Virus record (IMG/VR): IMGVR_UViG_3300029288_001872
Location: 1-64,000 of that record
DNA from: a virus
Taxonomy: Duplodnaviria; Caudoviricetes
DNA length: 64,000 bases
Direction: 5' to 3' (one strand)
The position numbers and the translations under genes are program-made. Below the pieces are notes generated by a model. The model was not told where the DNA came from. It did not search any database and saw only the letters and a program-made list of their open reading frames with translations. Shown here piece by piece: positions 48,435 through 58,722 of the stretch (position 1 is its first letter; each line of letters opens with the position of its first letter).

Positions 48435-48463
48435 ATTATACTAAATTATACACCTCTTGTCAA
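48435..48463 (-). promoter_or_regulatory. Perfect-consensus sigma70 promoter
   Basis: TTGACA (48463-48458), N17, TATAAT (48440-48435) on the - strand. Confidence 0.85.
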
Positions 48464-48512
48464 AAAAAAGTACGTTTTTGTAGATGAAAATGCACTTTAT
48501 TTGCATTTTTGT

Positions 48513-49949
48513 TCATTTCTTTTGTTTTGTTTTACAATTTAGACAAATAACGTTTTTAACTTTCCTTTTTCTTAAAATTTTATTACCACAAACTGAACAT
48601 AGAAATTCTTTTAATCTTAAAGAATATCCACCATCATTATTTAATATAGTTTTTTCTTCAACATATTTTATACATCCAGTTCTCTTAAGATGATATTGAA
48701 CAGTTCCCCAAGCGACATTATATTTCTCTGCTATGTTACCTACTGAAATATTGTCATTATACATTTTTATAAAATCTTCAATATCATTTTCAGAAAGTTT
48801 GTCTAATGATTTATTTTTATTATGACCGCCGAGGTATTTATATGGCTCTCCTTTTATTTGTCCAGACCTAATATCATTTCTTTTGATTATATTAGTTTTC
48901 TGTCCACAACCACAATGGCAATATCCATAAGGAATTTCAATGTCAATAGTTTCTTCTTCATTTAATTCAAATTTACAAACAGATTCTTTTATATTCCCAT
49001 CTAAATCTATATTTTTAAGAAAAGAAAAATCTTTGTATTGTTCTAAATCTTGTGGATAATGTAAATATATTCTTTCAGAATCTATATTTGGAAATGGGAT
49101 TAAATAGACATCATTGTCTTTACTGGTAATTATATAATCAGCCCTTACATATAAAGTTAAAATATATAATCCAGACTTCTTATGTAAGGACAATTTTTTA
49201 ATTGTAAATGTCTTACCGTTTTCACACTCCCATTTACAATTGCCTTTTCGATGTTTTATTCCCTCTTCTCTTAATTTATTTCCAATTACTCCTTGTAAAT
49301 TAGAAGGATAACAAGACTGTCTTTCTTGACGGAAATTTTCTGATTTTAATCTCCAGACATTATCTCCATGAATTTTCCATAATAAATATCTAACCCCTTC
49401 ATGGCTAAGACCAGTATATTCAGAAATATCAGCTTGAATTATTAAAGGATCATCTAAATAATTGACAAATAAATCATATGCAATATCCCCAAATCTTTTT
49501 CTTATACCAATTAAAAAATCTTCTCTTGATTTCGACGGACCTTCGCCGCCATCACTAAGATTTGCAAGACAACCTGTACCGTTGTTTATCCTACCATATT
49601 CTTTAATCTTCTTTTTCTCAATTTTAAATGCTTCTTTCTCTGTTAAATTGTCAAACAAAATCATTTCTTTAAAATCTAAACCCTTATCCCATAATTCATG
49701 AATGATTTCATTTTTTAAATTTTTCTCTTCTTCACTATCTTTTAATCTATTGGCTTCTCTTCTATGGTCTAAATATCTATCATCACATCCTTTGCCAAAA
49801 TAAAATGGTTCAAAGTCATAATTACCAAGAAGGTCTGGTTTATCAAGTCTAAATAAACCATAAAGATAAAATTTCATATCTTCTTGAACAGTTTCTTGAA
49901 AATCTCCCCATAAATCACAAACTTTTAGTTGAGCAAATCCCATAAACAA
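48513..49949 (-). CDS. GIY-YIG-like nuclease domain fused to HTH and Zn-ribbon domains
   Basis: 'FYLYGL...PFYFGKG...R...H', 'LANLSDGGEG'; two HTH-like segments; 'CHCGCG'. Confidence 0.65.
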   Translation of the reverse strand: MFMGFAQLKVCDLWGDFQETVQEDMKFYLYGLFRLDKPDLLGNYDFEPFYFGKGCDDRYLDHRREANRLKDSEEEKNLKNEIIHELWDKGLDFKEMILFDNLTEKEAFKIEKKKIKEYGRINNGTGCLANLSDGGEGPSKSREDFLIGIRKRFGDIAYDLFVNYLDDPLIIQADISEYTGLSHEGVRYLLWKIHGDNVWRLKSENFRQERQSCYPSNLQGVIGNKLREEGIKHRKGNCKWECENGKTFTIKKLSLHKKSGLYILTLYVRADYIITSKDNDVYLIPFPNIDSERIYLHYPQDLEQYKDFSFLKNIDLDGNIKESVCKFELNEEETIDIEIPYGYCHCGCGQKTNIIKRNDIRSGQIKGEPYKYLGGHNKNKSLDKLSENDIEDFIKMYNDNISVGNIAEKYNVAWGTVQYHLKRTGCIKYVEEKTILNNDGGYSLRLKEFLCSVCGNKILRKRKVKNVICLNCKTKQKK

Positions 49950-50268
49950 TCACCCTTTGAATATAAAATTAACACAAATAACACAAGGGACACATATCGC
50001 ATCGTCTAAAGCTGCTTGCATCAAACAATTTTCATAATTTAGACAATCCCTCCTCTCTGTTTTCCTATGAATAGTAATCTGTAAATAAGTAACATTTTTT
50101 ATATTTTTGTGGTTTGTCTTTTTACCACAAATTACACATCTATCATTTATTATTAGAGAAGGTTTCATATGGTATCACTTATATTTTATCATATTTTAAA
50201 AACCACTTCATGAAAGAGTTTGTATTTTTGGGATAAAACTTAATATATAATATCACTAAACTCCCCAA

Positions 50269-51285
50269 CTATGTTCTCACAGGGTAGAAAGTGCCAGTAA
50301 CACTTACAATTCGTTCTGGCGCTACAGTAACTTCAATAATCCAAAATCCCATCGCTGCTGCTATTTTTCTACCGCGCATAAAAGGAGATTGGGATTGCGT
50401 ACATCCAGACTGGATCGCACATACTCCTCTAGTTATAAGCATTTCTGCTTTATGATAGTGGCCCACCACGCATATGTCTGGTTTTTGCCCCGGTGCGATG
50501 GATTCAATGTATTTCTGAATATTATAAGAAATCGCGTAACTAGTACCACCATCTGGATGAAAGAGTCTTATAGTAGCAAGGGCATCACCTTTACCTATTT
50601 TAATATCAGCTTCTTGATGCCCAAGATGGACTAAATCTGGTCTTTCATTGCTAATCATCTTACCAATATCTAACCCGCCATGTTTGTAAAAAGAATAATC
50701 ATGATTACCACGAATAAAATACGTAGTTATACCATCTTTCCTAGGATATCTTTCTCTCACTACATTTACTTGGTTGTCACTTCCTGAAAACTCCAACTCA
50801 AAGTCGTGACCCGCAAACATGCGGATGCCGTCACAAATATCCCCCGAATTCAACACCGTATTTATTTTTTCTTTTTCAAATGTATCATAAGCAAAATTCA
50901 ACAAAGCATAGTCAGAATATAAACTTCCAAAATGGTTATCAGAAACTATGCCAAACTTATGATGTGTTCCTTCCAAACATAAACTAGGCGTCTGTATATG
51001 TCTAGTTAATTCCTGCACTTGTCTTTGCAACTTCTTCACTTGTTCTTCTGCATCAGAAGTTTTTGGTCCAGTTTCTTCTTTTTCTACAACAGGAATTTCA
51101 TCGCCCATCTCAGCCAGATATTTCTTGGCTTCTTCTAGTGCATCTCCCCATTTTCCAAATAAACGATATAGGACTCGTCTAGATGGTTTCTCTGTTTTCA
51201 GAGTGTCGTAAACTACAGCAGAAATAGTTCCTTGTTCCTTGATTATTGAAGCAAACTTTTCAAGTGCTTGATTTTTATCTATCAT
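50269..51285 (-). CDS. Calcineurin-like metallophosphoesterase with an N-terminal HNH-associated-repeat-like domain
   Basis: 'SDNH', 'GDICDG', 'GNHD', 'HPDGG', 'GHYH'; N-terminal 'PS...Y.LFG.W..AL'. Confidence 0.85.
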   Translation of the reverse strand: MIDKNQALEKFASIIKEQGTISAVVYDTLKTEKPSRRVLYRLFGKWGDALEEAKKYLAEMGDEIPVVEKEETGPKTSDAEEQVKKLQRQVQELTRHIQTPSLCLEGTHHKFGIVSDNHFGSLYSDYALLNFAYDTFEKEKINTVLNSGDICDGIRMFAGHDFELEFSGSDNQVNVVRERYPRKDGITTYFIRGNHDYSFYKHGGLDIGKMISNERPDLVHLGHQEADIKIGKGDALATIRLFHPDGGTSYAISYNIQKYIESIAPGQKPDICVVGHYHKAEMLITRGVCAIQSGCTQSQSPFMRGRKIAAAMGFWIIEVTVAPERIVSVTGTFYPVRT

Positions 51286-51307
51286 TTATTTTCCTTTTTA
51301 ATAGGTT

Positions 51308-51643
51308 TTAAATTCTTATTCCTCTTCTGTTCATCTCTCTACTCATAGCATCAGAAAGAGTTTTATCAAGAACACCGCTCTTGATAACTTTTTTAATTTC
51401 ATCTTCATTAACATCATATTTAATTGAGCAACCATTACACATAATCTTACGAATATCATCTTCATTAGGAGGAAAGTTATTGACAATTATTCCACCACTA
51501 TGCCAAACTTTTTCTCTTTCCAATTCTTCGTCAATTCTTCTGACAGCGAGCAGGGCGTTCCACGCCAACTCTATTGTCTGCCATCTTTCTGCCTCAGTCA
51601 TTATTCTGAGAAGTTCTTCTTGAATTAAAATTTTATTGGTCAT
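51308..51643 (-). CDS. Hypothetical protein
   Basis: GAGGG RBS. Confidence 0.5.
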   Translation of the reverse strand: MTNKILIQEELLRIMTEAERWQTIELAWNALLAVRRIDEELEREKVWHSGGIIVNNFPPNEDDIRKIMCNGCSIKYDVNEDEIKKVIKSGVLDKTLSDAMSREMNRRGIRI

Positions 51644-51654
51644 AAATTACCCTC

Positions 51655-51993
51655 TTATTTCCAAAATTGATACCAGCTTTTAGTATCTTCTTTCTTTGGT
51701 TCAACAGGAACCACATTAGTAAGTTGTTCTACCAACGCCTCAATCGCCATATCTCTTTCATCGAAACCACCTTCAACACCAATCATGTACTCTTCAAGTT
51801 CGCCAACAAAACCAAGAGGCATCTTGTCGAAGTCTTGTCTACTCGGCGGCTTTAGCTTTGGCCTTGGTGTTAGGTCTTTTAATGTTACTGCTGGTGTCCT
51901 TGGTTGAGGTGGGAGGTACTTTATTGTTGTACATCCTATTCCAATTGTCATAAAGATAATCACGGTTATTGTCGCTAACTGCTTTCTTAACAT
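51655..51993 (-). CDS. o-spanin (Rz1-like lipoprotein)
   Basis: Signal peptide with lipobox 'GIGC', Pro-rich segment; overlaps the i-spanin 3' end. Confidence 0.75.
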   Translation of the reverse strand: MLRKQLATITVIIFMTIGIGCTTIKYLPPQPRTPAVTLKDLTPRPKLKPPSRQDFDKMPLGFVGELEEYMIGVEGGFDERDMAIEALVEQLTNVVPVEPKKEDTKSWYQFWK

Positions 51994-52258
51994 CAGAAGT
52001 CTCCTTCTGCACCTTCTGTCTTAAAGATAGTTGGTTTCTTTGAAATTTTATAGTAGCTTCCAAATCAGCTACTTTCTGTCTTTCTTGATATAAATCAACC
52101 AATGCTTTATCTCTTTCTTTTTCTATCTTGGTTATTTTGCTTTCATAGTTCCAAGCAGACAGTTTGTTATATATCCCAAACGCGCCTATAGCAAGACAAG
52201 CAATCACTATGATCCCTAGCTTGCTGCTTATAAATGACCATATTAAACTTAATCCCAT
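51839..52258 (-). CDS. i-spanin (Rz-like)
   Basis: N-terminal TM helix plus coiled coil; follows the endolysins. Confidence 0.75.
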   Translation of the reverse strand: MGLSLIWSFISSKLGIIVIACLAIGAFGIYNKLSAWNYESKITKIEKERDKALVDLYQERQKVADLEATIKFQRNQLSLRQKVQKETSDVKKAVSDNNRDYLYDNWNRMYNNKVPPTSTKDTSSNIKRPNTKAKAKAAE

Positions 52259-52264
52259 AATTGT

Positions 52265-52753
52265 TTATCCTTGGAATATTTCCTTAAATTGTTCTGCTCT
52301 ATCCAAGACATCAGAAGAATAATTTTTATTTGCAGTTCTATTATCAATATTTTCGCCATTGCGGATAACTCTCATCATATTCCCTTCACCACAATTATAT
52401 GCTGCGATTGCTGCTTGTTCAGCTTCCTCTTGATTCATATTATCAAAACCACCATGTTCATTCAGATAATTATATTTGTCTGTCAATATTTTAACACCCA
52501 TCTCTATATTGGTAAATGGGTCTTGCCAATCATGATTAGCTAACCAACTACCAAAACTGCGGTCGTCAATTTGAACTAGACCATGCCCATGACCATTATC
52601 GCCTGTCATATCTGGGTCAAGTATCAAACCAAATCTTGATTCTCTAGAAATGATTGCCGCGATAACTTCTGGCCTCCAATCATATTTCTCAGCAAGTGGT
52701 TTGATGATTGGTGCTAATTCTTTACATAATTCAAATTCTTCTTTTTTAATCAT
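52265..52753 (-). CDS. Endolysin, goose-lysozyme/SLT (GH23) family
   Basis: 'AAIISRESRFG', 'GLVQID', 'AAYNCG'. Confidence 0.85.
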   Translation of the reverse strand: MIKKEEFELCKELAPIIKPLAEKYDWRPEVIAAIISRESRFGLILDPDMTGDNGHGHGLVQIDDRSFGSWLANHDWQDPFTNIEMGVKILTDKYNYLNEHGGFDNMNQEEAEQAAIAAYNCGEGNMMRVIRNGENIDNRTANKNYSSDVLDRAEQFKEIFQG

Positions 52754-52762
52754 AAAGACTCC

Positions 52763-53248
52763 TTAATAATCAACGACTTCGTGCCAAGGAAAAAGTTCTC
52801 CAGGGTCAACTTTACCAGCAGTGCGGTCAGGAATATCTACATGACCAAAAATATCTTCAATCTTATAAACTTCTCCCAAGGCTGTGATCAATTTCCTATT
52901 GGCTTCTATTTGTTCTATTGGCCAATCACTACCATTTCCAACATTTTCAATCCCAATAGAATGAGAATTAACCGTAAGACCATTATAATGTCCTTTGGCA
53001 TGCCATCCTTTAATATTAAATGGAAGTAATTGATAAATAGTTCCATCTTTAGCAATTACAACATGAGCAGATACTTGAGACCGAGATGCACAAAGCCAAG
53101 ATAAAGCACCCTCAAGCGAATTGTCCCCGGTATAATGTTCAACAATAAAAATTGGTGAAATCTCTCCACCATGATTAGGCGATGGTCTATATTCTACTTG
53201 TTCACCATCTATGTAAAGAAAATTATCTTTTACTTCATATCTGGACAT
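52763..53248 (-). CDS. Endolysin, N-acetylmuramoyl-L-alanine amidase (Amidase_2)
   Basis: 'HYTG', 'SAHVVI', 'WHA', 'SIGIE', 'GH', 'KVDPG'. Confidence 0.9.
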   Translation of the reverse strand: MSRYEVKDNFLYIDGEQVEYRPSPNHGGEISPIFIVEHYTGDNSLEGALSWLCASRSQVSAHVVIAKDGTIYQLLPFNIKGWHAKGHYNGLTVNSHSIGIENVGNGSDWPIEQIEANRKLITALGEVYKIEDIFGHVDIPDRTAGKVDPGELFPWHEVVDY

Positions 53249-53471
53249 TCTGTACTCTCCTCTTTACGACCTTTTATCGGGCATGTTTGGTTGTAATTTT
53301 CTGAGTCTAAACATAAACATTTATTTGACATATCTCCAAAGTGGATGCACTCTTCCACACCACATGGCCAAATTTCATGATGGTTGCACAAATCATATAA
53401 CCTCCCAAAATGTTAAAGGTTAATAAAGGTTAATACTTCTTCCTTTCTTCCAATCTTCCAAATAATACTTA

Positions 53472-54470
53472 TTAAAATCCCAATGTGATTTGACAGGGAA
53501 ACAATAATTTGTCCCCTTTGCTTAAATTTTCTTCTGCTTTCAATGGTCTTAAATTTTTCAATGCCCATGCTCTCTTAAAATCAGAACTTTCAGCATTTTG
53601 AAAATTAAAAAAATTCAACGGAATGATATGGTCTATGTGCCAATAACTACCATAATTATCCCAACTCATTTCTATTGTAAATTGCTTTTCAAGATGCTTT
53701 TTTAATTTCTTTGCTGTATAACCAACCATTTCTTCCCACTTATGCCAATCTTTTGAACTATTCCTTCTTTTCAAACACTTGCTTATGCCACCTTTTACAG
53801 TTCTATTTAATCTAAGAATTGGATCGGTTTTTGTACATTCTTTACAATAACCCATTTTATGAAATTCTGATGTAGTTTTAGTCTTTTTACATATTGGACA
53901 AGTTTTTAAAGTATCACCTTTTTCAAATCTCTTATCCCTATTCTTCACATTTTCTATACTAGAACATTTTTTACATGCATTTTGTAGAGGATAAAAATCA
54001 ATTTCTTTTTTGATTTTTCCACAAGTTCTACATTTTTTATCTTTATTTGGGTCTGGATCAAATTTGGCTAAAGCCTTCTCTTTTTCTTTTTTTAATTTCT
54101 TTTTAGCACATTCCCTACAATAGTTTATAGTCAAAAAATCACTTAATTTATGATCTTCTTTGCATCTTGCACATTTCCTAATTTCATCTGGATGTTCTTT
54201 GTAATATTTTAATTTTTCTTTTCTCCTTTCTCTTTGTAAAGATAATTGACATTCTTTACACATCACATATTTTGGTTTAAATTGATCTGATTTTTTAACT
54301 ATTCCACAAACACTACATTGTATTTCTTCTAATATATTTGTTGATCTATAATCGCCTCTTTTCTGAGCATTGTGATAACATTCATGTGAACAATATTTAT
54401 GTTCATTACGAATACTAGTTTTAAATTTCTTATCACAAAATAAGCAACTATTAAATTTTGTTTTTCCCAT
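53472..54470 (-). CDS. HNH endonuclease with multiple CxxC repeats
   Basis: 'HLEKQF...MSWDNYG..WHIDHIIP...NLRPL..EENLSKG'. Confidence 0.85.
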   Translation of the reverse strand: MGKTKFNSCLFCDKKFKTSIRNEHKYCSHECYHNAQKRGDYRSTNILEEIQCSVCGIVKKSDQFKPKYVMCKECQLSLQRERRKEKLKYYKEHPDEIRKCARCKEDHKLSDFLTINYCRECAKKKLKKEKEKALAKFDPDPNKDKKCRTCGKIKKEIDFYPLQNACKKCSSIENVKNRDKRFEKGDTLKTCPICKKTKTTSEFHKMGYCKECTKTDPILRLNRTVKGGISKCLKRRNSSKDWHKWEEMVGYTAKKLKKHLEKQFTIEMSWDNYGSYWHIDHIIPLNFFNFQNAESSDFKRAWALKNLRPLKAEENLSKGDKLLFPCQITLGF

Positions 54471-54471
54471 T

Positions 54472-55569
54472 TTATAGCAAGTCCTTTAATAATACCAATT
54501 TTGCTGTATCTCTCGTTACTAAATCATCCCATTTAACTTTTCCAGATTTAATTAATTCAAAACGATTTTTTCCAAGTAAGTCAAGTTTAAATTTATCATT
54601 CCTAGTATTAAACCATTCTCCAAAATTACCTTGAGAAAATCCAACTTCTTCTATCGTTCTCCTCCCTCCTGCACCAATAGAAACTGGAGGTCTTATAGTA
54701 TAAGGTCTGTAAATTTCTTCTAACTCCCCAAAATCTTTGATTCCTAGAGATTCCCAAGACACCAAAACTGGCATCCAAAAGCAGCGTCAACGAGGATGAG
54801 CGGGCAAAGGGGGTTTTGATTCATCCAATCTATATTCACGACCATCACTAACAGCACATCGGAGGCAGCAGCCCGTTCCTTTTCTAATGTTCCCATTTTC
54901 GAGCGTGGAGACCCAACGAACTTTTTTTATAATATCACTATTATTTTGGTAAACACTATCCATTGCATAATTGTTGACTGAAGATACATACGTCCTTGCA
55001 AGTGTCACAGCATCATTCCTTGCCATGTCAAAGCCATTGCTAAGGCGATTTGTAAATTCTGCGTATGATTCGCCTTTCAACATTCCAGTCAACACTTCTT
55101 GTCTTATTTCTTCACTCATTGCGCCATATGTGTCTGTCAACCATCCATTCAATAATTTTCCACCAACTGGTTCATTTATAACTATTGTTCTTAATTGTTC
55201 TGCTGTTAATGTTACACTGTTAAAATTATTAATTCTACCACCAAAACTAACTATATCATTCATTGCCAAAATTGTAGACGCTCCCGCTTCACTGGCAATC
55301 TGCGCTATACCACCTTCTAATACATATCTAATTCCTAAAGTCATTCTATTGAAATTATCAAGAAGTGCTATCGTTCTATCTTCTTGCCAATCCGGTATTT
55401 GTGATCCATATTGGTTTAACTTCGCGAGTAGTTCGTTCTCAGCAGACTTGACCGATTTTAATAAAATCTTGAGCGATTCATCTTCCCAAGAAGATAGATC
55501 GTAGAAATATTCTATACTTCTGGCAAGCAGTATTAATTCTATTGTTTCTTGTTCAGTTAGTTTAGTCAT
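54472..55569 (-). CDS. Head morphogenesis protein (SPP1 gp7 / Mu gpF-like) spanning an in-frame TGA at 54789-54787
   Basis: 'TLART', 'RWVSTL', 'CLRC..SDG..Y', then PPLPAHPR*RCFWMP continuing in frame to 'FGEWF...LLGKNRFEL'. Confidence 0.8.
54757..54776 (-). promoter_or_regulatory. Candidate bacterial SECIS element
   Basis: GGAUGCCA-GUUU-UGGUGUCU starting 11 nt after the UGA; loop starts GU; 3 of 8 pairs are G-U. Confidence 0.45.
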
Positions 55570-56596
55570 TTTATAATCTCTTAAATCTGCTTAAATAATT
55601 TTCAAGTTCTAATTTTTGTTTTCTTTCCATTTCTCCCCACATTTTATCTAACCCTTCTTTGAATTCTTTACTTTTAAGATAATCTAACTTATTTACAAAT
55701 TCCAAACCATGATACTCTATCATTTCTTTACGTCTTTCTTCTTTTTGTTTCTTTATTTCTAAATCAAAACAATTTTTACAACAAATTAACTTAGATGATT
55801 TTGAAACATTAATAACAAAATCGTGAGGTTTATGTGGACAATATCTTTTCTTTTTAGCCATTATTGTTTTTTACTATATCTATAGATTCTTTCATAGTAT
55901 AATAATTACAAAGGGCAACGCTTAATCTTTTACCAAATTCTAATAAATCTTCATTGAATGAATTGTATATTTTCTTATTCTTCTGTCTTAATAATCTTTC
56001 CATCTTTTTATTATTCATCTATTCTCCTTATAACTCATTCAACCTATTCTTAGCCCATGTATGGAAATCAAGAAGTGGCATCTCGTCTATCATTCCATCA
56101 TCAAATAATTGTCTTTCTTCTTTATCTGTACTAACCATCAAATCGCTGCCGCCCTTAGTTAAGATATACATATTATTTATCTCTTTGATGGCTTCTCTAT
56201 AAATAGATTTGATGGTAACTTTTTTGAATTGGATTATGGTCATAAGTTTTTATGATTTTATTTTGATAATCTGACTAACATTTCTTTTTACTTCTTTCAT
56301 ATGTTTTAAATATTTTTTACAATCTTTCTCAAGATGGTCTTCTAATAAATTATATTCAAGAAATTCTATAAGACTTTCATCTGTAGCATAACCAATCTTA
56401 GAAAAAGCCCCAAAAAACTCAAAATAACCAAATGGGTCAACAACAGCAGATAGTTCTTTACCACATTTACTACATTCTCCAGTTATTGATAAGAAATAAT
56501 TCAAATTTTTTATAGACATAAATCATCCTTGTTTTAAAAAATCCACATACCCCACAAGAGGTGTAATTGACTCTTGTGAGGCATATGATTATTAAA

Positions 56597-57406
56597 TTAA
56601 AATTCCAAAGCAGTTCCACACTCTACACAACATTTATTTAAAGACCTATTCTTCGTCCCACATATTTCACAAACAAGGTTTTCTTTAACCATCAAAGGTT
56701 TTTCAACTTGCTTGTCATTATGATAACCTTTGAGTCTAATTATAATGGTGTGAGAATTAGGTTCTAATTTTCCGATATCTCCATACACAAAATTTTGGTT
56801 AGACACTTCGCCTTTCGTTGTGATGCCCTCATCAGAAAGTGGTTTAGAAAAATCCTTTGGTTCTGAACAACAAGCCATAGCTACATTATCATTATTTAAA
56901 TTAGGATTACTGTCAGCAGTCATATTCCCGCAACTACTACCCCTTCCACTTCCTCCAATGGTACTTGTATAAGTTACCCAAGGACCGGTCGGATAAGGCT
57001 GCCAAGGATTTACCCAATTATTGTGATAATAATGGTTGGTAGTAATCGTGATTGGTTTCATTTCTTCAAATGTGTAGATTATCTGAATGATACCATCATC
57101 TATCTTATCCCCACGATAATCAGAAATTTGTTGCGTTTTTCTTATAAATTTAAATTTGTAACCTTTATCTAAATCTTTGATAAAGCGTGTTAAGGTTTGA
57201 GTTTCATTTGGGTTGATAATCAATGCCTTATTGTATAAAACATCTTGTCCATCAATCGAAATCTTAACAGATGCTTTTCGTGAGTTTAAATTCTTGAGTT
57301 GAATTTCATACTCTTTCCCGAATGGGATAAAAACTTCGCCATCTTTTTCTCTCAACACCTTGCCATCTACGCGAATCACTGAAATAAATTTTTCCTGATA
57401 AACCAT
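56597..57406 (-). CDS. Phage hypothetical protein with C-terminal zinc ribbon
   Basis: AGGAG RBS; 'GKVLREKDGEVFIPFGKEY.I.LKNL'; 'CEICG...CVECGT'. Confidence 0.7.
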   Translation of the reverse strand: MVYQEKFISVIRVDGKVLREKDGEVFIPFGKEYEIQLKNLNSRKASVKISIDGQDVLYNKALIINPNETQTLTRFIKDLDKGYKFKFIRKTQQISDYRGDKIDDGIIQIIYTFEEMKPITITTNHYYHNNWVNPWQPYPTGPWVTYTSTIGGSGRGSSCGNMTADSNPNLNNDNVAMACCSEPKDFSKPLSDEGITTKGEVSNQNFVYGDIGKLEPNSHTIIIRLKGYHNDKQVEKPLMVKENLVCEICGTKNRSLNKCCVECGTALEF

Positions 57407-58333
57407 TTTACTTCTCCTTTGACTTACCATCTAGAAGTCAGTATTTTTAAAGATGGTATTTTTATTTTTACTTCAAGTTTTTAATTAATCTTCATCCCAT
57501 AAAGTTCTGGATTCTTATCTTCAAATCTTTTCAATCTAACAAAGGAATTTATAACTCTATTCAACATATCTCTCAATTCGTCCGCATCAAATTCGTTATA
57601 TAATTCCTCGTCCATTTTAACTTCACAAAAAATTCCCAATCCATCGTTTTCTGTATCAAAGGCTAACATATTTTTATATCCTCTAGAATTTAACAGATTT
57701 AATATATTCTGACATATCTGAAAAATAGGCTGGGTGTTTCTCAACTTCCCATCCCTTCCTTTTGGCGGTTTCAGCCAATATTTTTAACGCTTCTTCTGAC
57801 TTCCAACATAATGGATTGCCGTCTGGCCCATTAATCCTTTCCCAACCTCTACTCTCCCAGCCGCATTCCTCTTCATTCTCTAACACCCTTGACACTTTTG
57901 TGAACACATAATTATCTGAACTATAAGCAAATTCACGAAGATAAAGAACACCTTGTTGCATCACTTCTTTCGAGAGGTGTAGAATCTCTACTGGTTCTTC
58001 ATTGTTGTTTTCTGTCATTATTCTGTTCTCCTTTTCGTTTAATAGGAGGTTTTTTCTTTTTATTATCATCCCTATGTATCATTTTTGTGAGCAAAACTTG
58101 AAGTGGAATTAGATCACCCATTTGTCATTCACTCTCAACAATTAATCTACCAGAAAAAACAAATACTGGTTCATAACTTTCAGCACAATCCAAACAGAAA
58201 AAAGTTATGGACAATTCCCTTAAAGAATCATCATCCATTTCAACTTCTGTGTTTGGAGATACCCTATCACTTCCACAATAAGGACATAATTCAGGACTAC
58301 CTTTAATTTCTTTGATATCCATTTTAATTTCCT

Positions 58334-58672
58334 TTACTTTTCCTTTTTAGAAACCTTGGTTTTTGGTTTGTCCAACTTTTTAATTTGTTTCTTTTCAATC
58401 TTCTTAGGTTTGTCTGTTTTTGGTCTAGAAGTATTTGTCATATCTTTCTTCTTATCTTTATTAGCAAGATTAGATAAAGCGTCATGTTCAACCTTCATAT
58501 CTTCCATACGCTTTGCTTTGTCTTCTGCCATTTTCCCAGCCATCTTTTTAGCTGCTGCCATCCGCATTTGGTCGTTTTGAATCACAGAGGCATTAGCGAT
58601 TGTTTCTGCGTCCATCTGTGCTTGCCAATCAGATTCACTCATAGGTTTATCAACTACAGTATTTTTAGCCAT
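58334..58672 (-). CDS. Hypothetical protein with a Lys-rich tail
   Basis: GAGG RBS; directly after the portal. Confidence 0.6.
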   Translation of the reverse strand: MAKNTVVDKPMSESDWQAQMDAETIANASVIQNDQMRMAAAKKMAGKMAEDKAKRMEDMKVEHDALSNLANKDKKKDMTNTSRPKTDKPKKIEKKQIKKLDKPKTKVSKKEK

Positions 58673-58722
58673 TTTTATTTCCTCTTTTATATTTTATTTT
58701 TTATAACTATTTAATATCATTA

